A stretch of DNA of 63,612 bases, the filler included, from Aplysia californica (lineage: Eukaryota): NCBI RefSeq assembly GCF_000002075.1. It is 4 parts of 4 records of this genome, joined end to end, with 100 filler letters (N's around TTAATTAATTAA, not from the genome) between each part and the next. Parts side by side here need not be neighbours in the genome. Positions count along the whole stretch, not along the records: positions 42,870 to 63,612 come from NW_004797525.1; 3 more parts are not named here. One strand, written 5' to 3'. Each line of letters starts with the position of its first letter. The stretch's first letter is position 1. A model generated the notes under the pieces. That model made no database searches and was not told the DNA's origin. It saw only the letters and a program-made list of their open reading frames with translations. Shown in pieces: positions 61,435 through 63,612 of this stretch. Both the position numbers and the translations under genes were made by a program.

Positions 61435-63387
61435 TTACTGGAACTTTCGCGTAAAGGGGTGGCTTAACTGTGTTTCACTGATGTCCGTGCTCGCCTCTTT
61501 ACCCTCACTGCTAACGTATTGGGACACTGTATAAATATTGCTCGTCGACTCCGTCATTTGTCGTTGCTGTGACGTGGAGCCACTAGGATCGTTATGTCTA
61601 GAACTGATATCTTTAGCACGTTTTGGCCATATCAGTTCCTTATAGAGCGAACCAACTGCCCTGTTGACAGTGAAGGAAAGAAAAATGTACAGGCCTTGCA
61701 AAGCGACGAGAACCGAAGTGAGAAAGTTGAGGGCAGTGTAGTCCAGCCGCACGGACAAGATGGCCAGAGCCCAGAAGAGTCCGGTGACAGTGGACAACTT
61801 GACGTAGGTCATGACCCTCCGCCTGTCGGACACACGGCTGTGCTGCTGCAGACGAGTGACTTGCACAATGTGCCACACGGTCAGTGAGAACAGGACGGTG
61901 TTACACACGATCATGGCACACAGAGGCACCAGCAGGGACAACACAAACGACACACCGGAACCGGAAGTGTCCAGAAAACACGTGACCGTGTCGTAGCCGA
62001 AGGAGCGTCCGCCCGACAAAGACAAGTGGACAAGAACTGTAGCGAGAACCAGCAGACAGGAGGAACCGTGGGCGATCAGGAAGTAGTATCGATAGCGTCG
62101 CTTGTTGGAGTGTGCAGAGATGTGGGAGGGAGCGCTGGAGGAACTGAACACACGGTACATGTGGAAACAACACACACTCATCCAGGCGAAGGCGGAGAGC
62201 CAGGACAAGTGCAGCAGTAGGGCGTTGGTCGCGCACGCGATAGAAGGGAGCCATCCGCGAGCCCCGAGCTCAACAGAGACAAGGAGAGAGATCTGGGCGA
62301 GGGCCAGGGAGAGGCAAAGAGCCATGTTGTTTTTGCCGGGGACAGAGCGGAGACCAGGGAACAGACAGTACGTCAACAACGTCAGAATGAGGCAAGCCGT
62401 GGACACGCTGAAGCAGGACACTTCAAAATAGTAATGGACTCTCTCGGTTGTCTCGTAGAAACTTGCGCGTGTCTTGGGAAGTTTGATGAGCTCTTTGAAC
62501 CTGTCAACACAAATGTGGATCGTGTCTTCGTCCACGTATGTGACACTTTCCTTTTCATAAAGGACATTGATCACCCTGTCTTCGAACTGAATTCGGAAAG
62601 TGATCTGCTCTATGGTTTGAACTAAGGTCTCTAGAACACGAACTTCTACAAACGGGCAAAAGATTGCACTGGTAATGTCAATAAAAGCGTCCTTTGTGGA
62701 CCATTGGCTGTTCAGACGCTTTGAAATACTATATAAATCAAATGTGAGAACGCGAATTTTTTCTTCCGAGTAGCCTTGCGGCAAACCGAGAGGGAAACTA
62801 GAGATTACTTCAGGTGTGATTGTCGATGAAAAATTAGATTGCCAGTCATCATCTTCTGGCTGAAATCGGAACACATGCTTGGAAAGTGAAATATTTACGG
62901 GGCTACAGTTGTGAGGCACAGAATGAGACAGGCGGTCATGGAGACTATAGCCTACAATCTTTGGCTTGAGCGTAAAAAACGTTTCATTCCGATAATCAAC
63001 GTGCACATTCCACGGTTTATTTACCACATCTAGCATATTTTTCTCAGTATCGTCTCTGCTCATTTTACCGCTATCAATGACATACGAAGTGAAACTGACA
63101 GATTTCAGGATTGAAACTTCATTAGCTTCATGATCCTCGCATGATTTGACATAAAGTGTGAAATTAATTTGTGTTTCATGTTCAGTGACTGAAGAGTATA
63201 ATTTGTTTAACATTTTAAAGAGCATGTGACTTAAGACGCTGACGGTTAAATTGAATCTGTCGTCTGGTGCCAGAGTGACTGCCACCTTGTAGCCGAGACG
63301 TCTGATTTGAGGCACGGCTGAAGAACACTGGCCACTGGCTTCTAGCTGCTTTCCGGGGACACACAGGGCGCTCTCGCAGACACTGGA
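61435..63387 (-). CDS. Secretin-family (adhesion/Methuselah-like) GPCR: large terminal exon with part of the ectodomain and the whole 7TM domain
   Basis: Intact ~650-codon frame; TM motifs CLILTLLTY..FPGLRSVPGKNNMALCLSL, LLHLSWLSAFAWM, GYDTVTCFL, PLCAMIVCNTVLF, YVKLSTVTGLFW, LQGLYIFLSF; probable acceptor tgtgtcttcaacag| at 63388-63390, since the frame closes at 63409. Confidence 0.88.
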   Translation of the reverse strand, partial: SSVCESALCVPGKQLEASGQCSSAVPQIRRLGYKVAVTLAPDDRFNLTVSVLSHMLFKMLNKLYSSVTEHETQINFTLYVKSCEDHEANEVSILKSVSFTSYVIDSGKMSRDDTEKNMLDVVNKPWNVHVDYRNETFFTLKPKIVGYSLHDRLSHSVPHNCSPVNISLSKHVFRFQPEDDDWQSNFSSTITPEVISSFPLGLPQGYSEEKIRVLTFDLYSISKRLNSQWSTKDAFIDITSAIFCPFVEVRVLETLVQTIEQITFRIQFEDRVINVLYEKESVTYVDEDTIHICVDRFKELIKLPKTRASFYETTERVHYYFEVSCFSVSTACLILTLLTYCLFPGLRSVPGKNNMALCLSLALAQISLLVSVELGARGWLPSIACATNALLLHLSWLSAFAWMSVCCFHMYRVFSSSSAPSHISAHSNKRRYRYYFLIAHGSSCLLVLATVLVHLSLSGGRSFGYDTVTCFLDTSGSGVSFVLSLLVPLCAMIVCNTVLFSLTVWHIVQVTRLQQHSRVSDRRRVMTYVKLSTVTGLFWALAILSVRLDYTALNFLTSVLVALQGLYIFLSFTVNRAVGSLYKELIWPKRAKDISSRHNDPSGSTSQQRQMTESTSNIYTVSQYVSSEGKEASTDISETQLSHPFTRKFQ

Positions 63388-63612
63388 CTGTTGAAGACAC
63401 ACAGAATATCAGCGAATCATTAGACGGCTTTGTTTCAGTAAAGAGAAGCCCATCGACACAATGATGGTCATTTAGTGCTGGGAAAAAGTAAGACAGGCAG
63501 ACTGACAGAAACAACTGAAAAAAAGTAAAGAAGTAAGACCAACCAGTGGCGCCCTCCAACCACCCGCGATTAGACGGCGGACAGAAAGATAGTTAGATGG
63601 ATAGACGGATGG

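Noticed and set aside
63215-63559. 114-aa ORF as the GPCR N-terminus
   Set aside because: Different frame from the 7TM ORF and ends at 63215; the acceptor at 63388-63390 explains the gene without a frameshift, though not proven
16806-63612. Functional cluster of SLC35C1, NEK10, GPI protein and GPCR
   Set aside because: Artificial linkers separate the pieces holding SLC35C1, NEK10 and the other two genes, so adjacency is unverified

Overview
AT-rich, repeat-dense animal genomic DNA with spliceosomal introns; the SINE and GPCR types suggest a mollusc, probably a gastropod (inference). It is not one verified contig. Three identical artificial linkers (44 N + TTAATTAATTAA + 44 N at 16706-16805, 31216-31315, 42770-42869) split it into four pieces. 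Piece 1 holds decayed L2/CR1 and RTE LINEs, a hAT transposon nested in an RTE element (8-bp TSD), and a frameshifted signal-peptide/LRR-cap exon. Piece 2 holds the last two coding exons of the GDP-fucose transporter SLC35C1 (+). Piece 3 holds 11 phase-compatible exons of NEK10 (-), plus a candidate 30-nt microexon. Piece 4 holds a terminal exon with a GPI-anchor-like signal (+) and a ~1.95-kb exon of a secretin/adhesion/Methuselah-like 7TM receptor (-). tRNA-head SINEs, many MITE families and minisatellites are spread throughout. The most unusual signal is a ~175-bp retroposon ('family A', about 20 copies). It has a fixed 5' end, no evident Pol III head, TSDs, and a covarying 3' hairpin shared with a Deu/Nin-type SINE. 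It lies almost always in the host gene's sense orientation, often next to exons, and appears to supply at least one splice acceptor. No prokaryotic system, CRISPR array or true tRNA/rRNA gene is supported.
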